From Podarcis liolepis (taxonomy: Eukaryota), in the NCBI GenBank assembly GCA_965112155.1, contig OZ218106.1: DNA of 64,000 nt. One strand, given 5' to 3'. The notes beneath the pieces were generated by a model. The model was not told the origin of the DNA. It did not search any database and was given only the letters and a program-made list of their open reading frames with translations. A program made the translations under genes and the position numbers. How positions within the stretch are numbered: position 1 is the stretch's first letter; every line of letters begins with the position of its first letter. Shown in pieces: positions 38,952 to 51,530 of the stretch.

Positions 38952-39070
38952 TATCTGTGAAGAAGGCATGGGTAGAATCCTGTACAGGAATTCTCCACTC
39001 TGCAACGTTTTGTTGCAGGTCCCGCTCATTTTCTGATTTTTTTTATTCGTGTTTGGTAATAAAAGCAATA

Positions 39071-39312
39071 CAGTGGTACGTCAGTTTAAGAACAGCCCTG
39101 TTTATGAACTATTCCATTTACAAACTCCGCAAAACTGGAAGTAGTGTCCCGGTTTGCGAACTTTACCACAGTCTAAGAACGGAATCTGAACGGTGGAAGG
39201 GCACCGGCGGCAGGAGGCATCATTAGGGAAAGTGTGCCTCAGTTTAAGAACAGTTTCGGTTTAAGAACAGACTTCCAGAACGGATTAAGTTTGCAAAACT
39301 GAGGTGCCACTG
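39071..39312. mobile_element. Tigger/pogo-like MITE, related subfamily
   Basis: TA-CAGTGGTACGTCAGTTT...AAACTGAGGTGCCACTG-TA. Confidence 0.85.
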
Positions 39313-39997
39313 TAAAACCAAGTTATTTTTTCCTTATTTAAGCCTATCCCAATTTTCTCCTGTGTTATTTTTTCTATATACTTCCAGCATAAATGTAATG
39401 TTTTGTGAAATACTTGCCCCCAAACCAGTTCACATCTCTTGATGTGCATGCAGGGTTTCTGCATGTGTGCTGCAACTACAGGGTTTCTGCATGCATAAGA
39501 GCCGCAACCTTCACGTTGCACCAAGTGGCAATTCCACCTAAATAGCTAAAAAGGGAGAAGGCATATATTTTTGGGCAGGTGTGTAGGAAGTGCACACTGC
39601 AGACTCTCAAAGTCACAATACTGTGATCAGGGTGACTGCTTATAAACGTGAGCATGCTTTGTTTACAAAGGTGGACCTGGCAGCAGGTGCTCCCCTCCCA
39701 TTGTGAATCCGGTGTAACATGTTTTGGTACTACCTCCAGCATTAATTTGTGTCCCAGCCTTGCCTATCCACACAAATAGGCTGGGTCTGCTGAACCTAGG
39801 AATCCTCACTACTGACACTGCAGGGATATGGAATTGAAAATGAAATGGGAAACAATATTTAACTGAAAGCAAGAATGGAAGCTGCAGTGGCTTCAGCTTG
39901 AGAAACACAGTTCTTTTTCTCTCTCATGTGTATGTGAGCTACTGTGCAAGATCTTTTACATATTCAAAGTACTAAAACCATAGGCTTTTTGGAGTGG

Positions 39998-40284
39998 AGT
40001 GTGGTGGAGTGGTTAAGAGCAGTGGACTCCTAATCTGGTGAACCGGGTTCGTGTCCCTGCTCCTCCACATGCAGCTGCTGGGTGACCTTGGGCCAGTCAC
40101 ACTTCTTTGAAGTCTTTCAGCCTCACTCACCTCACAGAGTGTTTGTTGAAGAGGAAGGGAAAGGAGATTGCTAGCCACTTTGAGACTCCTTAGGATAGTG
40201 ATAAAACAGGATATCAAATCCAAACTCCTCCTCCTCCTCCTCCTCCTCTTCTTCTTCTTCTTCTTCTTCTTCTTCTTCTTCTTC
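39998..40284 (+). mobile_element. Squam3-like SINE with expanded (CTC)n(CTT)n tail
   Basis: Same body as 36609; tail microsatellite at 40225-40284. Confidence 0.85.
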
Positions 40285-40311
40285 TAGCAAATGCAAGGGA
40301 TTTGAGCAAGG

Positions 40312-40671
40312 GGTAAAAAGGTAAAGGTAAAGGGACCCCTGACCATTAGGTCCAGTTGTGACCAACTCCGGGGTTGCGGCGCTCATCTTGCTTTATTGGC
40401 CGAGGGAGCGAGCGTACAGCTTCCGGGTCATGTGGCCAGCATGACTACGCTGCTTCTGGCGAACCAGAGCGGCAGACAGAAATGCCGTTTACCTTCCCAC
40501 CGGAGCGGTACCTATTTATCTACTTGCACTTTGACATGCTTTCAAACTGCTAGATTGGCAGGAGCAGGGACTGAGCAATGGGAGCTCACCCCGTCGCGGG
40601 GATTCGAACCGCCGACCTTCTGATCGGCAAGTCCTAGGCTCTGTGGTTTAACCCACAGCACCACCCGTGTC
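40312..40671 (-). mobile_element. Sauria SINE (Squam1), near full length
   Basis: (AAAGGT)n tail, ttccgggtcatgtggccagcatgact core, and the reverse-complement B box gggattcgaacc. Confidence 0.9.
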
Positions 40672-41219
40672 AAAAAGAATTAGTGAGAAGTGGCACTTGG
40701 CATAGCGTTTCAACTGAGGTTTGACAGTGGAAAGAGTAAATGTGAAAACATGACGGCATCTCAAGTGGCTCTGTTTAACTGGATCCAATGTGGTGTGTGG
40801 GTGTCCCTGTGGCATTTCATTCATTCACTCACTCCATACTATTGTATAGGGACGTTTTAATGTTTGATCATTTTATTTTGCTTTTATATTTGTTGGAAGC
40901 CGCCCGGAGTGGCTGCAGCAACCCAGTCAGCTGGGCAAGGTACAAAAAATAAATTAGTAGTAGTAGTATGGCCACCCAACCTCTTAGATCACTCTGTTTT
41001 CCCCTCCTAGGCCCTTGGTCACTCTGCTTTATGTTCAGGAGCATACCTGAACATATTGAGAAGCAAATTAAGGTAAAGGAAGAAGTGGAAGAGAGTGAGC
41101 TCTTTGAACTTCCTCCTTCAGCACTTTTCAAGGGGGAAGGGACAGGTAAGCATTCTTGGCACCTCATGGCAGTGGGTGGGTACACATAATGAAGTACCAA
41201 TGGATTCAGGTTGTAGTAG

Positions 41220-41220
<1 letters not shown>

Positions 41221-41247
<27 letters not shown>
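41221..41247. repeat. (TG)n microsatellite
   Basis: Direct reading. Confidence 0.95.
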
Positions 41248-41250
<3 letters not shown>

Positions 41251-41530
41251 CTGATTCAGATCAGACATACTGAAATCAATAGACAAAGTCATTTTTTTCT
41301 GTGGATCTACTCTGAGTATGACCATCAAATGATTGGGAATAATAATGAAATGCATCATTTGAGCCTGGACAGAAGTTGTGGAAATTATCTATCCTAGAGT
41401 TTCTTCAGGAGATGGGATAATAAGCATCTTCGGGGAATGACTGTAGTGGGAAATTTCATCCCTGGAGAGAGTTTAACACTGACTATCAAGGTCCCTTTTC
41501 AGTTGTCCAATATGATACATATATTCATAT

Positions 41531-41630
41531 TCATAGAATCATAGAATCATAGAATCATAGAATCATAGAATCATAGAGTTGGAAGAGACCACAAGGGCCA
41601 TCGAGTCCAACCCCCTGCCAAGCAGGAAAC
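41531..41630 (-). mobile_element. CR1 LINE 3' end with (ATTCTATG)n octamer tail
   Basis: (CATAGAAT)x5 then gagttggaagagacc...gtccaaccccctgc. A further CR1-like piece lies at ~42035-42240. Confidence 0.88.
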
Positions 41631-43199
41631 AAATATGTGAGTAGCCTATAGATTTCTAAGGGATTGCTTTCATGTAATTGTCAGGCTGGTTGAGCACAAA
41701 GTGTGGAATGTCAGGAATGCATGCTAATTGCAATTTAAATTGTTATTCAACTACCAAGCAACCAGGTACCCACAGACATAATTAATTTCCTTTACATTAT
41801 GTAATACATTTTTATCCCTCTGCGTTTGCTTCATATTATACAACAAAAATATTACACAGTCACAGATCTGGTAGAAGTTTCTTATTAGCCATCCACCACC
41901 CATCTCCTTTAGATTCAAATTCCTCCTATTTTAGCCTTCTGTTTCTTTTCCTGTGGAGCTATATACAAGGTGATCCACTCATATCTCCTTTCAAATACTG
42001 CCCCCCCCTTGTACCTGTTTTGGGCATAACTTCTGAGGATCACCTAGCCCAACCCCCTGCAATGTAGGGATCTCAGCTAAAGCATCCATGAGAGATGGCC
42101 ATCCAACCTCTGCGTGGAAACCTCCACGGAAGGAGAGTCCCTTCCCTTCTAAGGAGGACCATTCTACTGTTGAACTGCTGTCAGAAAGTTCTTTCTGATG
42201 TTTAGCCAGAATCTTTTTTCTTGTAACGTGAATCCATTGGTATAGGACCGGTTGTAGCTTGCAGCTTACACAGTGAAACCCTAGCCCTGTCTACACAGAA
42301 CGTAGAGTGAATTCAGTGGGGCTATCTCCTACATAAGGGGGGGGGGTTAGGATTGCGGTCTTTCTGTACAAAGCCTCGCCCTCCACTAGGATGCAGTCCA
42401 TGAAACGTTGCAGAAGATGGAATGAAGCACCCAGCTGAAAAAAGATTCCCACATTGATCTCAGTGACTTTTAGCATGTAAGTGGACTCCTCTCCAGTCAA
42501 TCTGTGCTGAATCCCATTTTCAGTTTGCATTACTGAAATCCAGCAAAAAAGGACTGCAGTGAAGGGAATAAATGCAGAACAGGAGATACCGTAGCTTTAC
42601 CTTACACATTCTAATTGCTCTTCAAAACTGTACAGAAACTCTCAAAAGTGTGGCTCAAGACATTTTACTCTCCAATGTCGACTACATTCTTAGCTACGGA
42701 AGCCAATTAGTCTGAAAGTTGAATCCTACTTCAATGGGATAGCATTCTCTACCATGTCACACCTGACGCAACATACTAATGGCGGCCATCTAAGGTGTTT
42801 GCAAAAGGCGGCTTTAGGGTAGTGCGACCGGTTCGGCTGCACTGGGTGCCACTCTGCAGAGGGTGCCACAACAATACTGTAGAATGGAGTGCAAGAGGCA
42901 GGGGGCTCTGAATTGTAGCGTTGCACAGGACACCATTGGTGGTTGCTTCACTCTGCCATGCAGCAGCAAAAAGGCTTGCTTGTGTGCAGACAATGGGCCT
43001 GGCTTCTTTCGTTCTGTTCTCTTTATCAATCACTGCCCTATAGAGACTGTTGTGACCCCAGCTTTGCTCCAGAACTTTCCCCCTGTACTTTCCCGCCTCA
43101 ATGGCCCTTGTACACGTGGTCTACTCAGAAGCAAGCCCCATGGAGCTCAACAGGACCCCCACTCCCAAATCAGGATCTGTAAGGGTCCGCTGAGTCCAG

Positions 43200-45350
43200 T
43201 GGGGACCTACTCCTCCCCAGTGTAGGATCTGTGAGCCCCATTGAGTTCAATGGGAGGTCCTCTCCGTATAAAACGCCCAGCTCGCATCCGGGGCACCACC
43301 GGCTTGCCTCTCAACTTTGGCCATTCATTCCCACGAGAGTCTGGTCGAACCGAGAGGCTGGGAGGAGGAATCAGAGAACCTATATAGACAGAGTGTCCCC
43401 AGCACCAGCAGCAGCGACTGCGTCTTTCGGCTCGACTCGACTTGGAGAACAGGCTGGTGGCGTTACCTGAAACAGCCCCGCCTAACGCCGCGCCTGCGCG
43501 GTGCCGCCTCTCTCCTCCGCCCGGGTCCGGGCCGCAGTGAGAGCGAAGGGAGGAGGCAGAGCAGGCGAGGCGGCGGCGGCGCAGCAGCTCTCTCTTCGCA
43601 AGAGTTGGACAGGCAGCGAGAGCGAGTCCGGCGTCCGCGAAGGAGCCCCGGGTGGCCGAGGGCAGCGCGCACACAGCTGGGGGCTCCGGGTAAGTGGAGG
43701 CAGCAGCAGCAACCGCTCCGTCTGGGAAGGCGACGCGTAGACGGGTCGGGGGGGGGGGGCGGCAGTGGCTCTTTCCAGGGACAGGCTCTCGACCCCGTGC
43801 GGCTAAGCGGGGGCTTCCCACGCCCGCCCCACCCCTTCATACCGGGAGGGGTGCCTCGGTGCGCATCTTCTATGGGACCACGGAGCTGCTTTCCTCGAAA
43901 TTGCGATCTGGTAGCTCTCCCGCCCCGCGCGACATCCTGGGCACTGCCATCTAGTAATCCGATCTGTAGGTGTCCGGGGGGGGGGGGAATTAAAATCCGG
44001 GCACGGGGCCTTGGACGAGGGAGGACCCGGCTTTTTATTGTGGTCCTATAGAATAACAGAAGCCGTGAAACCTCCCCTCCCCACGGCCCATTTAAGACCG
44101 ATTCATCGCTGAGCCCCGGCAGAGGCTCCTGTAATTATGATTCGACGGCGGCAGGCGGGCTCTCCGGGGATCCTCGGCGCCCCCCCGGGTGAATCTCCTT
44201 CCCAGATTTCTCCTCGCTCGCTCGGGGTCTACTGGGTCCTTCTCGAGGGCAGCAGCAACGTTTGCTGGCGTTACGAGGCGGCGATCTGCGGCTTTCCTCC
44301 CGCCGGGTTGCGCGACTCGGCTGGCGAGCGTGAAAGGGGAGGGGAGGCTGAGCAGCCCTCGCAAGGGCAGAGGGAGCGCAGCAGCAGCAGCAGCAGCATC
44401 GGCTCTACGGGCGATGCAAGACCATTTTCTTTCTGCTGAAGTTGGAAGTCTGTAGCTGCTTCTCCCCCGCTCCAATTAGTGTGAGGTGGAAGCGAAATAG
44501 GGAGGGAGGGAAGAAACCTCTCTCTCTCTCCCCCGCCCGCCCTCTCCACACTTTTAAAATGCGCCGCGTATTGGTGACCCTTTGATTCCGGCCGCCTCTT
44601 ATCTCCTCAGGGCTGACCTAAGGCGATGCTCTTATTGCCCTTTTCCTGGGAACCATCAAGTTGGGCGCGGGGTGAGGCTGGGAGTGCGAGCGAGCGAGAC
44701 GGCGCACGTGAGAGGACTTGGCCGGTTGGCGGCGAGAGTTGGCGGTGGGAAGCCGCCGCTGGGTGTCCTTTCTCGGGGAGTCGCCCTCCGCTCTGTCTCT
44801 CCCCCCCCCCCGCCCGGCCAGCCTCGCGCGCTTCCCTCGGGCTGTGAGGGGAGGAAAACGGCGGAGATCTGATTACAAAGCGCCGAGGCCACCTTGGAGC
44901 AGCAGCCGCCGCCTCCCGCCAGGCGCTGCTGCCGCAAGGTGCCTGAGGAGCTCGTGTGGGGAGGGAAGGGGGCGACGAGGAGGACAGCCCCCCCCCCGGG
45001 GAGCGCGCCGGGAAAACAATAGGGCTGCGGAGAGGGCGGGCGAGGGGAGGCGAGCTTTCTTTCACACCCCGTCGAGGAAGGGGTATGAGGAGAGGAGGAA
45101 GCCGCGGGGAAAGGAGCTAGGGTGGGAACTCCTGAGCCGGCGTGAGGCGGAGGTCTTGGGACGGGGCAGCGGGGGGATTCGGGGCGTCCGCCGCCTGGGC
45201 TGCTCTGGCGGCGGCCGAGGTCTCTTCGCCGCCGCGGCTCCCGAGGGGGCCCCAATCTGGTCTCTGCTGCCGCCGCGCCCCGTCTGAAGAGAACAGGAGC
45301 TCTCCGCCAACTTGGTCTCTCGTGGCGGTGGGCTTGTTATTTTTAATTGG
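43200..45350 (+). promoter_or_regulatory. FHDC1: CpG island, inferred FHDC1 promoter and first-intron region
   Basis: Abrupt rise in GC and CpG content, GC boxes, TATAAAA at ~43268; lies ~13 kb upstream of the first FHDC1 coding exon. Confidence 0.85.
43540..43689 (+). other. FHDC1: Candidate non-coding first exon of FHDC1 (5' end approximate)
   Basis: Strong donor CGG|GTAAGT at 43690 inside the CpG island, preceded by GC-rich leader-like sequence. Confidence 0.55.
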
Positions 45351-47211
45351 CCTGTTCTGTCTTTCTTTCTACCCCCCCCCCTCCAGGATCCGCCCTGAAA
45401 CAAAACAAGCAATTAAATAATAATATTAATAATAATAGTAATAATGTTGGGGAGGGTGATGATGAGGGAAGGGGCGTTTTACACTTTTGTTGCCGTTCAT
45501 CTGAAAGGGGGGGGGGGAGAGCAGAGAGAAGAGTCTGTCTCGGTTTTTTGTTGTTTAAATCACACCACACTCCCTATAAAACACTGGCTAACAATGGAGT
45601 TTCCAATTTCAAGTGTTGCATCCAGGCAACGATTGTTAACCAAACCAGGACCGGGGCAAACGTAGGTGAACCTTTTTCTTAATGATCAACTAGTAGTCGC
45701 ATTTTCATGCCCAGCCCCTCTTGGGTGGTCTTGAGTGGACAAGACAATTCTATTCTTCCGAGTTCATGCCCCCTCCACTTTTGCTTTTATTAGCACGGAG
45801 GAGGTGCCTTTTAGCTTGTGAAGTGCAGGTTGCAAGTAGGCAAAAGAGAAATTAAAATTGTTTTTCAGATATTTAAGGGTGGGGTGTATTTTTTTTCTGT
45901 TGCAAAAACATGCTTTTTTACAACCTCCAGTAGCCTTAAATTGCATGTTGTGCTGCTAGCCAGAGGGACATTTGGGTTAATTGCTTGAGCTGGGAGTATA
46001 ACATTTCTTTTGGTCTGATTTATACAAAGTGTGTTGCTTTTAAGAGAACTCTTTTATTCCAGAAGGTATCTTACTGGTGGTAGCCCCAAAGAACACCAGT
46101 GTGTCATTATATCTCAGTATCCTCTTTAAAGAGAATTGTACATAGGCTTCTGGGGAGGATATTCTCTCCAACTTTGCAAATTCAATTTTGCAAAGCAACA
46201 TTTGAAAAGAGGGTGCTCTGAGGTTACAGGTGCCTGCCAGTAGATGCCAGCAACAAAATCGCCAATAACATTCACACATCACATTGCTTTCAGTAGTTGT
46301 GGTACCAGAAGTAATGTTCACCTGGTTAGTGCAATATTGTGGTTTTCAGTAACGACAAACTGAAAACTGCCAGCAATGGATTTGCTTCTGAGCAATGGGA
46401 TATTATGTGAATTGCTGGCAAGGAACAATTAGCATTAGCACTGCATGGAAAGATTCCTTTCCATGGAAATAACATGGACTTTGTTCCCAGTTTAAATGTA
46501 TAGGATTGGGCTATATGTTTTATTATGCTAAGCAAAACAGGCTTGTGTTTGTTTCTTTTTGGGAATGAGTAGGATTTCAAGTGCCATTCATTGAGCTCCT
46601 GCTAATGCATAACAATAGTTGCTGCAGTATCTGTGGTTAGTTGCTCTCTTTACCAATTTTGTATGAATGATGATACGTTACATTGGAGAACTGAGTCGAT
46701 TGAAAGGCTGTTCTATATGTGGAACTTTAGGCATCACAGTTCTGATATGTAAGCAGGTATTTTGAAGTCTATTCTGCACTCATTGCTTGTGGCAGGATCT
46801 CTGCCTCCTATGCTCACCTTATATTCAATACAGCTGAATATTGCTGTAGACCTTTTATTTTATTTTACAGATATTTTAATGGTAGCCCATTTGTTTGGAA
46901 GAATAGAAACAAATGGTGAAAAGGCAAATGTAGCTTATTTCTGGAGCAATCCCAATTTGTCTATGGATCCCTGGTGCTAATTACTATCAGACAGATCCAG
47001 GCGAATGAACTATTTGTAATTCGTTGCCTAAACCTGGTGATGGTCTACTTGCTTTAGATGTAGACTGGAATGCTGTTCTCTCCCATTAGTCTTGTCTCTA
47101 TGAAATAATAAAGTATAAATTGCTCTTACATATTCTAAGCAGCACTATTCCATTGCACAGTTGTCTTCTTCCTTTAGCACTTTTGGCATAATGTACTCAA
47201 AGGGATCTTTG

Positions 47212-47335
47212 CTGTGCACACAACATACATTTAAAGCAAATATTTTCCCTCAAAGAATGCAGGAAACCGTCGTGTGTGTCCCAAAGCCACAGTTTCCAGG
47301 TTCCTCTGGGGAAAGTCATGTGCTTTAAATGTATG
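47212..47335. mobile_element. Palindromic MITE (Harbinger-like), right end interrupted by a SINE
   Basis: Perfect 15-bp inverted repeat CATACATTTAAAGCA (47224) and TGCTTTAAATGTATG (47321). Confidence 0.7.
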
Positions 47336-47480
47336 GATAGCTCAGCTGGTTAGAGTATGGTGCTGATAATGCCAAGGTTGCAGGTTCGATCCCCGGCTGC
47401 ATATTCCTGCTTTTCAGGGGGTTGGATTAGATGATCCTCAGGGTCCCTTCCAACTCTACAATTCTATGACTCTGTGATTC
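47335..47480 (+). mobile_element. tRNA(Ile)-like SINE with CR1-derived tail
   Basis: agctcagctggttagag...gctgataatgccaaggttgcaggttcgatcccc, followed by ggtcccttccaactctacaattctatga. Confidence 0.85.
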
Positions 47481-48684
47481 CACTCAGCCTTGCGTGTCAC
47501 TTTTGCAGCAAGGTGTTCAAGTTCCCTTGGTGTGGTACCATCAGTACAGAGGCCCTTGGCCCCACTAAGGAGGAGGAGGATGAGCAGAGAGGCTCTCCAA
47601 ACATAGCAGAGCTAGCACACCACGGTTTTGAAGCGTGTGAAGTGATACACGTTACCAACTGAAAGGTGCCCCCTTCCTCTCCAGAGTTTAGAATTACCTA
47701 ACTGTGCCATTGTGCATCAGCTTTTACATTGCAAAGCAGCTCTGAGTATCTTTTTTTGTGCAGAACACAGGTGTGTATATGCTGCGTATGATGGCGCTGT
47801 GAGAGTGAGCCTTGGGTATGCACATCCCCTTCCTGGCCGCCCAGCACTCACTCACACCCTTTAATGTAAAGCAGGGCCCTATGTGAGGCTCACTACCGCA
47901 CCCCACCTGTGTAACCTGAACACCTGGGTTGTATGGGAACCAACCCTAAGACCTCTTGGAATTGAAATGCCAGTTCCTTTCAGACTGGTTGTTCAGGCTG
48001 TTATCCCACATGCAGCAAAGTGTGTGGCAATAGCCTCCAGTTTTACTCTCGTACTTGCTTACAGGGTAGGAGACACCTGCTGAACCAAATTGAGCAATAG
48101 TTTTCCAGGCTGCTGTGTAGTTTGATAAGTCTCGTTTTCTTGAATCGCTGGGGACTGTATGGTGAATTTGCCTTAAGGTAGACCTTGGGTAAAACAAGAG
48201 CATCAAAATAAAACCATATAATTCCTTCTCCAATTGTTGGGTTTCCGTGCTGTGCCACAATGAAGTACACCCTTGCCTAAAGCAGATACAACTGACACAA
48301 CAGTTTGCGTGCATGTTTTTTTTTTTGTGTGTGTGTGTGTGTGTGTACACACACACACCCTGCAATAAACAAAAATTGGGTGTTTTATCTAAAGCGAACC
48401 TTCAGCAAGACTAAGAAATGTGCCTGTAACAAACCTGAATTGAACTGAAATATGATACTTCAAATATAGTTCTGGAAGCAAAATTATTGGGTTGTACTGT
48501 TTTAATATTAAATTTTGTTCTCTGAAACATTTTACCAGGAGAAGCCTACCCAAATCTAAAATTGCCCACAGAATCTGGAATTGAAATACCAAAGTCAGAT
48601 TTTCATCTGTGTCTGCTTAAATTCATTTTTATTATAAACTCTAGGTTTCCTTGAACATTCTGGCATTAGGTGGATTTGACAACT

Positions 48685-48835
48685 GGACAGCTCAGTTGGT
48701 TAGAGCGTGGTGCTGATGACACCAAGGTCGCAGGTACAATCCCCATATGGGGCAATTGCATATTCCTGCGTTGCAGAGGGTTAGACTAGATGATCCTCAA
48801 GGTCCCTTCCAATTCTACAATCCTATTATTCCTAT
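48685..48835 (+). mobile_element. Second copy of the tRNA(Ile)-like, CR1-tailed SINE
   Basis: Collinear with 47335-47480. Confidence 0.85.
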
Positions 48836-49617
48836 CCTATTCCAAAAAAAGCTGGAGTGGGTCAGAGATGTAAATGTGTCAAAGCAGCTTACAGTAAAAA
48901 TAAAATCTATATTGGTGTCAATCTTAAAATAGAATAGGTTATGTCTTCTAGTCTTCTCCTCTGAGGGTGGTCACACAATACCTGAGGAAAAAGAAAGTAA
49001 CATGTGAAATAGTGTTAGGCGTGTGATCATAGCAAATCCATATGTATGGGAGCTACTACCATTTGCTGTGCTTCTTGTCTGAATGGTGTGTCTTTGGTGA
49101 GGGAGATGGTGAAGCCTATCTGTGGATATCTTGCATGTGTGATTTCACTACTACCTTAACATTTCGAAAAACCTGGCAATTCTCTAGTTTTGCCAAGAAA
49201 AAAGGCTGGAATACTGCAGAAAGAACTTACTGCAAATTGTGCATGGTGCCCAAATAACCACTGAAAGCTCATGGTATGTAGATATCTTCTTTCACACCTT
49301 GCTGTTTATTTCTCCCCCCCCCCCACTGCCCTTGAATTAAACTCAGAGACACTCTTCGTTCTTCCTTACAAGGAGGTGTATCTATTTCCTCCATCAGCTC
49401 CCAGAACAATGGTATGTTACTCTTGGGAGTACCTGGTTGCTAACCACTTTTTGGGGCACCTCTTCCTCTTCCATTCCTTGCCAGGGCTCAGGGATGGCAA
49501 CAGGATTTATCTGGCCAATAGGAGTAATTTTGGGATTCCTGCCACCGCCGCCATGCAGCCTGTCAGCTGTAACCCAGCCTGCATCAGGGAACCCAGACAC
49601 ATCTTTGACGCAATCTA

Positions 49618-49916
49618 GGCGCGGGTGGCGCTGTGGGTTAAACCACAGAACCTAGGACTTGCTGATCAGAAGGTTGGCGGTTCGAATCCCTGCGGTGGGG
49701 TGAGCTCCCGTTGCTCGGTGTCTGCTCCTGCCAACCTAGCAGTTCGAAAGCTAGCAGTTCCGGTGGGAAGGTCAACAGCATTTCTGTGCGCTGCTCTGGT
49801 TCTCCAGAAGTGGCTTAGTACGCCGGCTCCCTCGGCCAATAAAGCGAGATGAGCACCGCAACCCCAGAGTCAGTCACGACTAGACCTAATGGTCAGGGGT
49901 CCCTTTACCGTTACCT
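49618..49916 (+). mobile_element. Sauria SINE (Squam1) with internal deletions
   Basis: gcgggtggcgctgtgggttaaaccacag...ggttcgaatccc...ggtcaggggtccctttacc. Confidence 0.88.
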
Positions 49917-51530
49917 AAGCTCCCCAAGGCCTGGCCAGCTCTATAGGGCCCAAGCACCTTGCTGTTTCTCAGCTCTTGTGGGGGCAGAGGAGCTTCAGAG
50001 AGAATTCTTTCACAATTCTATCATAAAATTATGTACATAGAAGGCAGTTTTCAATTCAGTTTGTAAAACTTGCACCAAAGTGATGTGTAGAATAGAATTA
50101 TTAAACAAAGCAGTGGCTTCTCTTGCCACTTCCCAACGTCTTTGCCACTCTATGATGCTGCTCAGGAGGCGTGTTTTGTGTCTTCTCCTCTTGACTATAA
50201 AGGAATCTCCTTCCTCAACCTCTTGCATCTATTCATTCTGCACATCAGTGCAGTATTAGGAATGTATTAATCACTTCCTTTTAGATCATCCATCACCTGC
50301 TTCCTTTACTGATGGACAGAGCAGAGAATAATTTGTAGCATTCATTCTTATCTTGCACATGAAATGTAATTTGGGATTACTGGGCTTCTGTGAATGTTAT
50401 GTATGTGTGTGATACATTTAGAGTGGTTACTTATTAATGCACATATTGAAAGCTAGACGGTCTAGTGTGGAAGGTGACTTCAATTCAGTCCTCCCTGTTG
50501 CAACAAAATGTCCTAAGTTAGATGTCTTTCTCTTAACCACTCTACAGATTTTCTCAATTAAGTAGCATGTTGTCAAGCACCCCTGCTCTGTTTTTGAATG
50601 CATCTGTTGTAGATCAAAGAAGCCAGTCTTGGAACAATGGCAGTAATCTCATTTAAAAAGCAACGTGATTCTTCAAAACGTATTTTAGAGCTGATGGTTA
50701 AGTACCAGTACCCTTCAGCAATTGGGCACAAACCCATGCAAATTTGCAGTGACCGGGAATTGCATTTAAAAAACCAACACTGTGTGACTTGCAAAGAAAA
50801 AATGAGTTGCAGCCATGGAGAATAGCCAGAATAAGGGAAAATATCCATTTCTGTGGGTGTCTTGAAAAGCTTCTGAATGAAGCCACTTGCCATGCCGGCA
50901 AATCCTTGATATGTTTCATTATAATTATTGCATAATCTAAAGAATCAAACTCATTTTTTAAATATCTCAGCAATCCAAAATAAACCTCTGTTTTTATAGA
51001 TGATCTTTGTCCAGGATGTATTTACCTTTAATCCAACATCTTTATTCTGTCTCCCCCACTCCCAGGAAGTTTTAGTAATCTTTCAGTATTCCTGTAACAA
51101 AGAACTACATTGTTGTGCTAATGCAGAATAGTAATTGTGCTCTTTCTGCTGCAAGCTTTTTCTTTTCCAAGACTTGCTTGTGATCTTATTATCCTATGTC
51201 TGTTATGCGCAGTTGAGTAAAACCCCTGCTAATATGCCTTTTTTTGCCCAGCATGGTTTTAATTTCACCATATGCCTCAAAACCACTTCTTGGACCTTGT
51301 AGTCCATAATTCATCATGTATTGAAGCTGATTTTTTAGATCTAACAAGTTGCAGGATAAGGATCCTACTTCAGGTCTGTTAACTGGTTCCTGGTTACCAT
51401 CAGTTTAGTAACTTGGCTCTGTGTACCTTTAGACACTGAAAAAAGCCCACTGTTGTGCATCTTTGCACAACGACACTGTTGTTTGGTGTTGTTGTTGTTT
51501 TGTAAAAAAAATTATAAAAATATTTATATA

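Noticed and set aside
40171-40386. Poly-Glu ORF (and the poly-Asn ORF at 8223-8471)
   Set aside because: Translated microsatellite tails of retroposons.
43207-45420. Long ORFs (up to 244 aa) in several frames
   Set aside because: Expected in a stop-poor CpG island; low-complexity R/G/P/A content with no recognisable domain.
47335-47400. Apparent tRNA genes here and at 36609, 48685, 53290 and 57210
   Set aside because: Acceptor stems are broken and each continues into a LINE-derived tail, so they are SINE heads.
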